Source: Candidatus Methylomirabilota bacterium
GTDB taxonomy: Bacteria > Verrucomicrobiota > Verrucomicrobiia > Limisphaerales > UBA11358
Direction of reading: 5' to 3'
NCBI GenBank assembly: GCA_035644195.1
Contig: DASQOZ010000070.1
Span: 463 to 64,462 of the forward strand
DNA length: 64,000 nucleotides
Part shown: positions 55,066 through 63,614 of the stretch, one piece after another
Position numbering within the stretch: position 1 is the stretch's first letter
Layout: each line of letters begins with the position of its first letter
Position numbers and translations under genes: made by a program
The notes under the pieces: generated by a model
What the model saw: only the letters and a program-made list of their open reading frames with translations
What the model was told of the DNA's origin: nothing
Database searches by the model: none

Positions 55066-56298
55066 ATGGCTTTTAGTAAATTAGGTCTTTCTCCGACAAT
55101 CGTGGATGGCGTCAAAGCGATGGGTTACATCGAACCGACGCCCATCCAGTTGCGCTCGATTCCGCTCGTGCTCGCAGGACGCGACGTCATCGGCAGCGCG
55201 CAAACCGGCACCGGCAAAACCGCCGCGTTCGCTTTGCCCATTCTCTCGAAGCTCGTGCAACACGCGCCCGGCCCGCGCGCGCTCATCCTCGAACCCACGC
55301 GCGAACTTGCCGCGCAAGTTGAGACCGCCATTCATAATTACGCGCGCTTCACGAATTTGAAAACCACCGTTGTTTACGGTGGCGTCGGTTACGGGCGGCA
55401 GACGGACGAATTGCGCGCCGGCGCGGACATCGTCGTCGCCACGCCCGGACGGCTGCTCGACCACATGGAAAAAGGCACTTTGCGATTGGATAAAACTCAA
55501 TTTCTCGTGCTCGACGAAGCCGACCGGATGCTCGACATGGGATTTTTGCCAGACGTGCGCCGCATTTTGGACAAATGCCCGCGCCAGCGTCACACCGCGC
55601 TGTTTTCCGCGACGATTCCGCCGCAAATTGAAACGCTCATCAAATGGGCGATGCACAATCCCGAAACGATAGAGATCGGCGCGCGCCGTTCGCCCGCCGA
55701 AACGGTGAAACACGTCATCTATCCCGTCGCCGATTCGCAAAAGACCGAACTGCTGCTCAAGCTGCTCGATTCCGTGAATTACAATTCCGTGCTGATTTTT
55801 TGCCGGACAAAACACGGCGCCGACCGCATCGCGCAGACGCTCAAGCGCAGCAATCACGCCGTCGCCGTGCTGCATTCCAACCGCACGCAACGCGAACGCG
55901 AGCAGGCGTTGCGCGGTTTTCGCGACGGCCGCTTTGAAGTCCTCGTCGCCACGGACATCGCCGCGCGCGGACTCGACATCGCCGACGTCAGCCACGTCAT
56001 CAACTACGACGTGCCGCAGCATCCAGAAGATTACATCCATCGCATCGGGCGCACCGGACGCGCCGAAGCCACCGGCGACGCCTTCACCATCATGACCTCC
56101 GAAGATTCCAGCCACGTCTTCGCCATCGAACGGTTCATCAGCCAGAAAATCGCGCGCGTGAAGCTGGAAAATTTCGATTACAAATACACGATGCTTTTCG
56201 AGGAAGGCAAACCCGGCCAACCGAAAGGTTTTCCCGGCAAAGCCCGCGGCTCAAGAATTCGCGGCGGTTATCATTTCGCCCCCGGACGGAGACGGTAA
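55066..56298 (+). CDS. rhlE: DEAD-box ATP-dependent RNA helicase (RhlE-like)
   Basis: Q-motif, AQTGTGKT, DEAD (LVLDEADRM), SAT and HRIGRTGR motifs. Confidence 0.9.
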   Translation: MAFSKLGLSPTIVDGVKAMGYIEPTPIQLRSIPLVLAGRDVIGSAQTGTGKTAAFALPILSKLVQHAPGPRALILEPTRELAAQVETAIHNYARFTNLKTTVVYGGVGYGRQTDELRAGADIVVATPGRLLDHMEKGTLRLDKTQFLVLDEADRMLDMGFLPDVRRILDKCPRQRHTALFSATIPPQIETLIKWAMHNPETIEIGARRSPAETVKHVIYPVADSQKTELLLKLLDSVNYNSVLIFCRTKHGADRIAQTLKRSNHAVAVLHSNRTQREREQALRGFRDGRFEVLVATDIAARGLDIADVSHVINYDVPQHPEDYIHRIGRTGRAEATGDAFTIMTSEDSSHVFAIERFISQKIARVKLENFDYKYTMLFEEGKPGQPKGFPGKARGSRIRGGYHFAPGRRR

Positions 56299-56304
56299 AA
56301 TAAT

Positions 56305-56937
56305 TTAAGCAGATGGTTGCGATTGTTCGTCAGAAGAAGATGGAAGTTTAGGCTGTTCCGGTGTTTGACTTTCAACAACTTCACGCAAGCAGGGCAAATT
56401 GGAATCATACACTTCATCTACTGCACCAAGCCAATATGCATCAATTGAACTCAACGGATTTTCATCTTCCTGCAAACCTTTCCGCTCGTGGTTTTGGAAG
56501 ATAAAAAGTCATAGATGAATTCGCCACAACGCACGACGCCTCCGTTGCTGTTAATAAAAACTGTGATTGGATTTTCTCCAGGAGAACGGAGCTTCAAAAT
56601 TTCTACAGCTAATTTCCCTACTAAATCATCAGTGAGGTCGCCGAAGATTTGAACTGAGCGATTTATGTCCGCTCTGAAATTAGGATCAATCGTTGCCACA
56701 ATCTGACGTTTCTCCGCATTTAGCGACCGCTTTGAATTTTCTTCCAATCAATTTGTCGGTCTCATAAACGTCAGAACCAAACTCATTTTTTTCGCGGCGA
56801 AGTCGCTCAAAGAAACCGCCCAAGCCGCCTTCGACGCCGTTGTAAATAAGTTTGAGACGCCGCGCAATTGTCTCGTCGGCGTCCGACTGATCCCGAACTG
56901 TCAATGGAGGAGTTTCCATATCAAAAGGGTAAGACAA
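56305..56937 (-). pseudogene. Decayed ClpP-fold (S14-like) serine protease gene
   Basis: Three minus-strand pieces lie in different frames. The middle piece has ENPITVFINSNGGVVRCGEFIYDFL (compare ClpP INSPGG..AIYD). The last piece (56305-56472) reads SIDAYWLGAVDEVYD. The catalytic Ser/His region is missing. AT-rich. Confidence 0.45.
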
Positions 56938-57030
56938 ATTTTGTCCTATTCAAATAAAATTTTAACGAAAAATGTGACGTAGCAGAAGTTGAAAAATATC
57001 CGTTGATTTAGGTCAGGATGACCCGGAATT

Positions 57031-57273
57031 TCATTTCGCCTTGCGTCCGCGACGCGCGCGATAAGTCGTCAAAGTGGAGAATTGACCGGAGGCGATTTCC
57101 GAATGTGCGTGGTCATGCAAAGCGTCGTAAGCGCGTTTGTGACGACTTTTCACTTTTCGCACCGCTTGAGCTACAATGGTTTCATCAACCGTTGTAATTT
57201 CAGGCAGCTTACTTCCTGAAAGAATCAGCGAGCGAACACGAGACGAAGTTATTGTGCGGCTTTTTCGCATCAC
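57031..57273 (-). CDS. Hypothetical small basic protein
   Basis: 80-aa ORF in the AT-rich islet. I recognise no family. It may be a remnant. Confidence 0.2.
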   Translation of the reverse strand: MMRKSRTITSSRVRSLILSGSKLPEITTVDETIVAQAVRKVKSRHKRAYDALHDHAHSEIASGQFSTLTTYRARRGRKAK

Positions 57274-57313
57274 GCAATGAGCCTAATCTTACTCTAAAGG
57301 GAATCAATGTTTT

Positions 57314-58837
57314 TCACTCCAAAATTTGCCGTAGCAAAATTTGAAAAACTTCCGTTGATTCAATTTCTTTCACGCCCAAAAATTCTGGCCTTTCACTGAT
57401 GATGACCGGCCAATCGCGTTTGTCCGCCGGACGCCGTCCGTGCGAACCTTTCACCAGCGTCGCGTCGAGCGGAATCACGTCCATCAACATCCGCAGGCCG
57501 AGTTTCTTTTGCAGCAGCCGCCACGCGATTTTTAATTTCGGCAGCGGAATCTTCGGGTCGAGAAACAATTCCACCGGGTCGTAGCCGGGTTTGCGATGGA
57601 TGTCCACCGTCCGCGCAAAATCCGGCGCGCGCGCGTCGTCGAGCCAGTAATAATAAGTGAACCACGCGTTCTCCGGCGCGACGGCGATTAAATCTCCGGC
57701 GCGCGGATGGCCAATGCCCGCTTCGGCCTTTTCCTTTGCACCGAGGACGGTCACGTCCACCTCGACCTGTTTCTCCAGCACGTCGCGCACTTTCGATTCG
57801 AGCGAGCGGTCGTTCAAATAAATGTGCGCGACTTGATGATCGGCCACGGCAAAAACTTTGCTCGCGCCCGCGTCGAGAATTTCCATGCCGAGTTCGTCTT
57901 TGATTGCAAGCCAGCCTTTTTGCCGGAACAAACGGTTCAAATGAATCGGCGCGTCCACGTTCGTGATGCCGTATTCGGAAAGCAAAACGATTTTCACGCC
58001 GCGCGCGCTGAAATATTTGATGAGGTCGCCGACGATAGAATCAATCGCCTGCAAATCGGGAATGATTTTGGGATTGGTGGAACAAGCGTCCCGCTTGTTG
58101 AATTCGGCGTCTCGCCGAATTTTATTTCCGGAAGAATTTTCCGGCGGGACGCCGGAATGAACAGGCGAGACGCCTGTGCCACCCACATAAACGCCATGCC
58201 GCTGCAAATTGTAATCCAAATGCGGCAAATAAATCAGGTTCAGCGGCGGCGCGTATTTATTTTCAATCCACTTCGCCGATTCCGCAATCCAGCGCGTCGC
58301 GCAATCAGCAGAGCCTTGCAACGTTTTGATTCCCGCCGCTGGTCCCCAAAATCCGAAGAACGGAAATTCGCCCAAATCTTTTTTGATTTCTTCGCGGATG
58401 GAATATGGCCATGAATAAATGTCGAAAACTTTTCCGCCGTCGGCCTTGTAAATCGGGCGCGGCGTGATGGAATAATCCGCGCTCGAATACATGTTGAACC
58501 ACCAAAACACATTTGCGATTGATGATTTACGATTTACGATTTCAGATTGTTTTCGGAGTGCGTCCCAGATTTTTTTGCCGTGAACGATGTGATTCGATTG
58601 TTTCCAAAATTGAACTTCAGACAATTCACGATTATGCCAGCCGTTGCCGACGATGCCATGGTCGCGCGGTAATTTGCCGGTGAGATAATTCGATTGTGCC
58701 GTGCAGGTGACGGCGGGAAACGCGGGCGCGATGTGCGCGAGCGCGCCGCGTTTACGAAATTCCGCGATGCGTGGCGTATGTTCGCCGATGAGCGCTTCGG
58801 TGAGGCCGACAACGTTGATGACCGCGACACGATTCAT
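57314..58837 (-). CDS. Alkaline-phosphatase-superfamily nucleotide pyrophosphatase/phosphodiesterase (EboF-like)
   Basis: N-terminus VINVVGLT...AFPAVTCTAQSNYLTGKLPRDHGIVGNGW (metal/Thr nucleophile region). An ATGA overlap joins it to the upstream DHQS-like gene. It carries two repeat-derived in-frame inserts. Confidence 0.7.
   Translation of the reverse strand: MNRVAVINVVGLTEALIGEHTPRIAEFRKRGALAHIAPAFPAVTCTAQSNYLTGKLPRDHGIVGNGWHNRELSEVQFWKQSNHIVHGKKIWDALRKQSEIVNRKSSIANVFWWFNMYSSADYSITPRPIYKADGGKVFDIYSWPYSIREEIKKDLGEFPFFGFWGPAAGIKTLQGSADCATRWIAESAKWIENKYAPPLNLIYLPHLDYNLQRHGVYVGGTGVSPVHSGVPPENSSGNKIRRDAEFNKRDACSTNPKIIPDLQAIDSIVGDLIKYFSARGVKIVLLSEYGITNVDAPIHLNRLFRQKGWLAIKDELGMEILDAGASKVFAVADHQVAHIYLNDRSLESKVRDVLEKQVEVDVTVLGAKEKAEAGIGHPRAGDLIAVAPENAWFTYYYWLDDARAPDFARTVDIHRKPGYDPVELFLDPKIPLPKLKIAWRLLQKKLGLRMLMDVIPLDATLVKGSHGRRPADKRDWPVIISERPEFLGVKEIESTEVFQILLRQILE
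58081..58177. repeat. Composite of four consecutive short hairpins, in-frame inside phosphodiesterase CDS
   Basis: aacaagcgtcccgcttgtt, aattcggcgtctcgccgaatt, ttccggcgggacgccggaa and acaggcgagacgcctgt. The stems are 7-8 bp and the loop cores GTCCC/GGGAC and GTCTC/GAGAC are mutual reverse complements. Confidence 0.75.
58517..58551. repeat. Heptanucleotide tandem repeat (GATTTAC-like x5 = reverse complement of the 5273 unit) inside CDS
   Basis: gattgat gatttac gatttac gatttca gattgtt, read on the minus strand as QSEIVNRKSSI. Confidence 0.75.
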
Positions 58838-59991
58838 TTTTTTTCGGCGCGTTGGCGAAGTTCACCGATCGCTTCGACAATTTTATTTGCGTTCATTTCC
58901 TGAACTTCGATTCCGCGCCCGATTTCTTTCAAAAGCGTGACGGTCAGTTCGCCGCCGAGATGTTCGCGAAATTCTTCGAGGCCGTTGAGGATTTGGAAAT
59001 GGCCGCGACCGTCAACGGCCAACAATTCGTGAGCGAACAATTTGAAACCGAGTTGCTCGAGCAATTTCAAAATCCGTTCGGCGGATGGCGCGTCGAGCAG
59101 ACCGGCGTCGCGCGAGTAAATCACATCGAGAGCAACGCCGATGGCAACGGCTTCGCCGTGAGGAAGATGGAAATTGGAAAGCTGCTCCAGTTTGTGCGCC
59201 GCCCAATGGCCGAAATCCAGCGGGCGCGCCGAACCGATTTCGAACGGGTCGCCGCCCGTGGCGATGTGTTCCAAATGCAATTCGGCACAACGACGGATCA
59301 ATTGCTTCACCGTCGCCGGTTCGAATGAAATCAATTTTTCGACTTCGCGTTCGATTTCGTCGAAAAACTTTTCATCGCGGATGCAAGCGACTTTCACGGC
59401 TTCGACGTAACCGGCGCGTTTCTCTCGCGGCTTGAGCGTGGCAAGCAGATTGAAATCGTTGATGACGGCGTGCGGCGGCGCGAATGTGCCGACAAAATTC
59501 TTTTTTCCGAAGGCATTGATGCTGTTTTTCACGCCGACGCCGGAATCGGCCTGGGACAAAGTCGTCGTCGGAATGCGGACGTGCCGCACGCCGCGATGCG
59601 CGGTTGCCGCGGCAAAACCGGCGACATCGAGCAACGCGCCGCCGCCGACGGCGAGCAAATAGGATTGGCGGTCAATGTGGTAACGATCAATCTGCGACAA
59701 AATGTCGGTGACGATGGTGATGGAATTTTTCGATTGTTCGCCTCCGGCGACAAACAGCGGCGAGCGGGCAAGTTGCAATTGCTTGCCGTGGGCGGAAAAA
59801 TAATTTTCGATCTGACGTTCGAGCGTCGGCTGCGATTGGGCGAGCGCGTCTTCGAGGACAACGAGAACTTTTTTTGGCAGGCCATCGGCAAGCGCGTTTT
59901 TCAAAACCGGATTTGCCGGAGCAAAGATGTCTTCGGTGAAGAAGACGCGCAGTTGCCAGTTGACTTGGATGGAACGCCGAATCTCGGACAT
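58834..59991 (-). CDS. 3-dehydroquinate-synthase-family sugar phosphate cyclase (EboD-like)
   Basis: GGGALLDVAGFAAATAHRGVRHVRIPTTTLSQADSGVGVKNSIN and the metal-binding HGEAVAIG region. It is paired with an AP-family enzyme rather than with aro genes. Confidence 0.65.
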   Translation of the reverse strand: MSEIRRSIQVNWQLRVFFTEDIFAPANPVLKNALADGLPKKVLVVLEDALAQSQPTLERQIENYFSAHGKQLQLARSPLFVAGGEQSKNSITIVTDILSQIDRYHIDRQSYLLAVGGGALLDVAGFAAATAHRGVRHVRIPTTTLSQADSGVGVKNSINAFGKKNFVGTFAPPHAVINDFNLLATLKPREKRAGYVEAVKVACIRDEKFFDEIEREVEKLISFEPATVKQLIRRCAELHLEHIATGGDPFEIGSARPLDFGHWAAHKLEQLSNFHLPHGEAVAIGVALDVIYSRDAGLLDAPSAERILKLLEQLGFKLFAHELLAVDGRGHFQILNGLEEFREHLGGELTVTLLKEIGRGIEVQEMNANKIVEAIGELRQRAEKK

Positions 59992-60049
59992 GATTCAATT
60001 TTGAATCACGCGCGGAGATTTTCGAGTTTTTAATTTCGGCGCGGAAATT

Positions 60050-60955
60050 TTATTCTGCCAGCAGCTTGGAAATTTTTCCTTCAAAACTGATTGTGTCACC
60101 TTTTGGGTGGACATCATCTCTTGCCCGCACATTGTCAAAACGCAAGAAACCCTTCTTGTCCACCAGAAACATATGCGGGATTCCATCAATACCAAATTCC
60201 ACGGTAAATTTGTTATCATTCTGCTGCTTGCCATCAAAATACTGTGGCCATGAAATATCATGCTGCTTAACGTATTCTTCCAATTCCTTTTTATCTGTAT
60301 CGCAACTGATGCCAATCACTTCAAAACCTTGCGCATGAAAATTTTTCAAAGCCGCCTTCACTCGTGGCAATTCTGCTACGCAAGGACCACAATGCGTTCC
60401 CCAAAAATCCACCAGCACAACTTTGCCTCGCATTTGAGCCAAATCCACTTCGCGCCCATCCACCGCCGTGAATTGCAAGGACACGGATTTGCCATGTGAA
60501 TCGAGCCGATTCAGAAAACCCTTCGTCCAGAGTTTGTATTTTTCAGGCGCGGAGCTGGCAACCAATTCATTCGCCAAAGCTCGCGCTTTGTCTAAATTGC
60601 CAAGATATTCGTAATCTTCCGTTGCTCCCATGATGAACTGATAACCGTTTGCCTCTTTTGGATAATCTTTGATGAGTGTCCATGCGCCTTCAACCAGTCG
60701 GTCGGTTGCATTGGACGCACCAGAATTCATTATTTTATCCAACTGTTCGTCCCGCCACTTGAATTGCTTGAAATAATCCGTGTTCAAAGGAGAGTTGGTT
60801 TTGACCATGATACCGCCGATGGTCACCCACTCGCCATTCGTTTTGACAAAGCCATCCTTCATGGGCAGCCAATTTATTTTTTCCTGCGCGGATAAATTGA
60901 GCGCGACAAATATTCCGACAAAAATAAACAAATGGCTCAAACGAAGATTTTTCAT
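60050..60955 (-). CDS. Secreted TlpA-like thioredoxin-fold thiol:disulfide oxidoreductase with unknown N-terminal domain
   Basis: Signal peptide MKNLRLSHLFIFVGIFVALNLSAQ and active site FWGTHCGPCVAELP. Confidence 0.7.
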   Translation of the reverse strand: MKNLRLSHLFIFVGIFVALNLSAQEKINWLPMKDGFVKTNGEWVTIGGIMVKTNSPLNTDYFKQFKWRDEQLDKIMNSGASNATDRLVEGAWTLIKDYPKEANGYQFIMGATEDYEYLGNLDKARALANELVASSAPEKYKLWTKGFLNRLDSHGKSVSLQFTAVDGREVDLAQMRGKVVLVDFWGTHCGPCVAELPRVKAALKNFHAQGFEVIGISCDTDKKELEEYVKQHDISWPQYFDGKQQNDNKFTVEFGIDGIPHMFLVDKKGFLRFDNVRARDDVHPKGDTISFEGKISKLLAE

Positions 60956-61013
60956 AGGCTGTTTAATTTAACTGTAATCAAACGGCCAATGAAGAAAAGC
61001 AGCAAGTCTGAAA

Positions 61014-63473
61014 TTATTTCACAACAGCTTTGTCTTCGGGAATTCTCATGCAATAGAACGAACGATAAACGAAGACGAGCGCGATGATAAAACAAACGCC
61101 GCCGATGGCCCACGAAACGTGCGAATCGGGATGTTCTTTTTTCATGGTCACGGCGATTTCGGTCGCGAGCAGTCCGAAAAGCGTCGTGAATTTGATGATG
61201 GGATTCATTGCGACGGAACTGGTGTCTTTGAACGGATCGCCGACGGTGTCGCCGACGACGGTTGCGGCGTGAAGTTCGGTTCCTTTTTGGCGCAAATCCA
61301 CTTCGACAATTTTTTTCGCGTTGTCCCACGCGCCGCCAGCGTTCGCCATGAAAATTGCCTGGAACAATCCGAAGAACGCGATGCCAATCAAATAGCCGAT
61401 GAAGAAGTATTGATTGAAAAATGGCAGGCCGAGCGCGAAGGCAAAGACGACGATGAAAATGTTGATGAGTCCGCGTTGAGCATAAACGGTGCAAATCTCG
61501 ACGACTTTTTTGCTGTCCTCAATCGAAGCGGTTTGCTTTTCGAGATTCATGTTTTGTTTGATGAACACGACGGCACGATACGCGCCGGTGACGACGGCTT
61601 GCGTGCTGGCGCCGGTGAACCAGTAAATCACCGAACCACCCATGAGCAGGCCGAAAACAATTTGCGGTTCGATAAGGCTCAAGCTGCTGACCGCGCTGCC
61701 AAAGCTCCGCTCAAGCAACATGATGATGCCGAAAATCATGGTGGTCGCGCCGACGACGGCAGTGCCGATCAAAACCGGTTTGGCAGTGGCCTTGAATGTG
61801 TTGCCCGCGCCGTCGCCTTTTTCCAATTCAAGTTTCGCGCTGCCGAAATCGGGTTTGAAGCCGAATTCCTTTTCGATTTCAGCGCCGATATCCGGCGCAC
61901 GTTCGATCTGGCTCAATTCATAAACGGATTGCGCGTTGTCGGTCACGGGGCCAAAACTGTCCACGGCGACAATCACCGGCGCCATCGCCAGAAAACCAAA
62001 AGCGACAAGGCCGAACGCAAAAATCGGCGCAGCGAATGAAAACGCCGGCGGCATAAGTTGTGTCAAATCGCCGTTCAACGAAAACAAATACGCGACGAAC
62101 ATCAGGAACAAAATCACGAGTCCCATCCAGAACGCGGAGAAATTTCCGGCGACGAAGCCCGACAAAATGTTCAGCGACGCGCCGCCTTGCTCGGACGAGC
62201 GCATGACTTCGCGGACGTGCCGCGATTTCGTGCTGACGAAAATTTTCGTGAATTCCATGATGAGTCCGCCAGCCAGCGCGCCGCAGGAAATGATCGCCGC
62301 GAGCGTCCACCAGAGATTCGGCAGCGGCGCTCCGGTGGAGTTGGTGAAATCGCCGAGCAAAAATTTGCTCGCGGCGAAGGCGGTGATGATGGCAAGGACG
62401 CAATTGATCCAGACCAGATCGGTCAATGGCGATTCCCAGTTGAAATCTTTTTTGCCACCGTAACGGATTTGGCTGACGAATTTGTTGACGTAAAATGAAG
62501 CCAGCGACGCGAGCACCATGAGCGTTTGAATCGCAAAGAGCCAGATGATGAGTTTGCCGCAAAGAATTGGCGAAGCGACAAGCGCAATGGCAAGAAACGC
62601 AATCAACGCGACGCTCGTGACGCCGTAAGTTTCAAAACCGTCGGCGGTCGGGCCGACGGAATCGCCCGCGTTGTCGCCGGTGCAATCGGCGATGACGCCG
62701 GGATTTTTCGGATCATCTTCCGGCAGGTTGAAAACGATTTTCATCAGGTCGCTGCCGATGTCGGCAATTTTCGTGAAAATGCCGCCGCCAATTCTCAAAG
62801 CCGATGCGCCGAGCGATTCGCCGATGGCGAAACCGATGAAACACGGCCCGGCGAGTTCGCGCGGAATGAACAGGAGAATGCAAATCATGCAAAAGAGTTC
62901 CACGCAAACGAGCAGCAGTCCGATGCTCATGCCGGATTTGAGCGGAATGAAAAGTGTTTTGAGCGAATCACCTTTGAGCGCGGCGAACGCGGCGCGGGAA
63001 TTTGCCGTCGTGTTGATGCGGATGCCGAACCACGCGACACCGTAGCTGCCGAGAATTCCCAAAATCGAAGCGGCAAGAATGATCACAACGCTGCCGATGG
63101 ACTTATGTTGAAGCGCGGCGAAATAATAAATCATGCACAGCGCGATAAGAATCCAGAGCGCGGCGAGAAATTTTCCCTGTTGCAGCAGATACGTTTTGCA
63201 CGTTTCCCAGATGACATGCGAAACGTCGGCCATCAATTTATGCACCGGCAACGCGCGCGTTTGTTTATATTGAACGATTCCGAACAGCGCGCCGATGACG
63301 CAAACGACGAGGCCGAAACATAAAATCGCGTGGCCGCCCAGGCTGCCGTTCGCGAATGAAATATTTTGCAACGCCGGCAAATTGATGTCCGCGTCGCCGG
63401 CAAAACAATTTCCCGCGCAAAACAGGATCGCCAATGCCATTGCACCTCTAAAAAATCTTTTATTCAGTCCCAT
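61014..63473 (-). CDS. hppA: Membrane-bound H+/Na+-translocating pyrophosphatase
   Basis: DCTGDNAGDSVGPTADGFETY and GDTVGDPFKDTSSVAMNPIIKF motifs, with about 16 TM helices. I prefer the start at 63473 (MGLNKRFF); the first 101 codons of the track ORF are rejected. Confidence 0.9.
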   Translation of the reverse strand: MGLNKRFFRGAMALAILFCAGNCFAGDADINLPALQNISFANGSLGGHAILCFGLVVCVIGALFGIVQYKQTRALPVHKLMADVSHVIWETCKTYLLQQGKFLAALWILIALCMIYYFAALQHKSIGSVVIILAASILGILGSYGVAWFGIRINTTANSRAAFAALKGDSLKTLFIPLKSGMSIGLLLVCVELFCMICILLFIPRELAGPCFIGFAIGESLGASALRIGGGIFTKIADIGSDLMKIVFNLPEDDPKNPGVIADCTGDNAGDSVGPTADGFETYGVTSVALIAFLAIALVASPILCGKLIIWLFAIQTLMVLASLASFYVNKFVSQIRYGGKKDFNWESPLTDLVWINCVLAIITAFAASKFLLGDFTNSTGAPLPNLWWTLAAIISCGALAGGLIMEFTKIFVSTKSRHVREVMRSSEQGGASLNILSGFVAGNFSAFWMGLVILFLMFVAYLFSLNGDLTQLMPPAFSFAAPIFAFGLVAFGFLAMAPVIVAVDSFGPVTDNAQSVYELSQIERAPDIGAEIEKEFGFKPDFGSAKLELEKGDGAGNTFKATAKPVLIGTAVVGATTMIFGIIMLLERSFGSAVSSLSLIEPQIVFGLLMGGSVIYWFTGASTQAVVTGAYRAVVFIKQNMNLEKQTASIEDSKKVVEICTVYAQRGLINIFIVVFAFALGLPFFNQYFFIGYLIGIAFFGLFQAIFMANAGGAWDNAKKIVEVDLRQKGTELHAATVVGDTVGDPFKDTSSVAMNPIIKFTTLFGLLATEIAVTMKKEHPDSHVSWAIGGVCFIIALVFVYRSFYCMRIPEDKAVVK

Positions 63474-63614
63474 AAGGGACGCGTAGTCTGCATCAGCACC
63501 GGGTGATTTTCCAGTATTTTTTGTTGAAAAATGCGAACTGTCCGGCAGGGACGCTTCCATGACCAATGCGAATCGCGCTTGCCGCTGCGCGCCGCTTCTT
63601 TCATTCTCCTGCAA

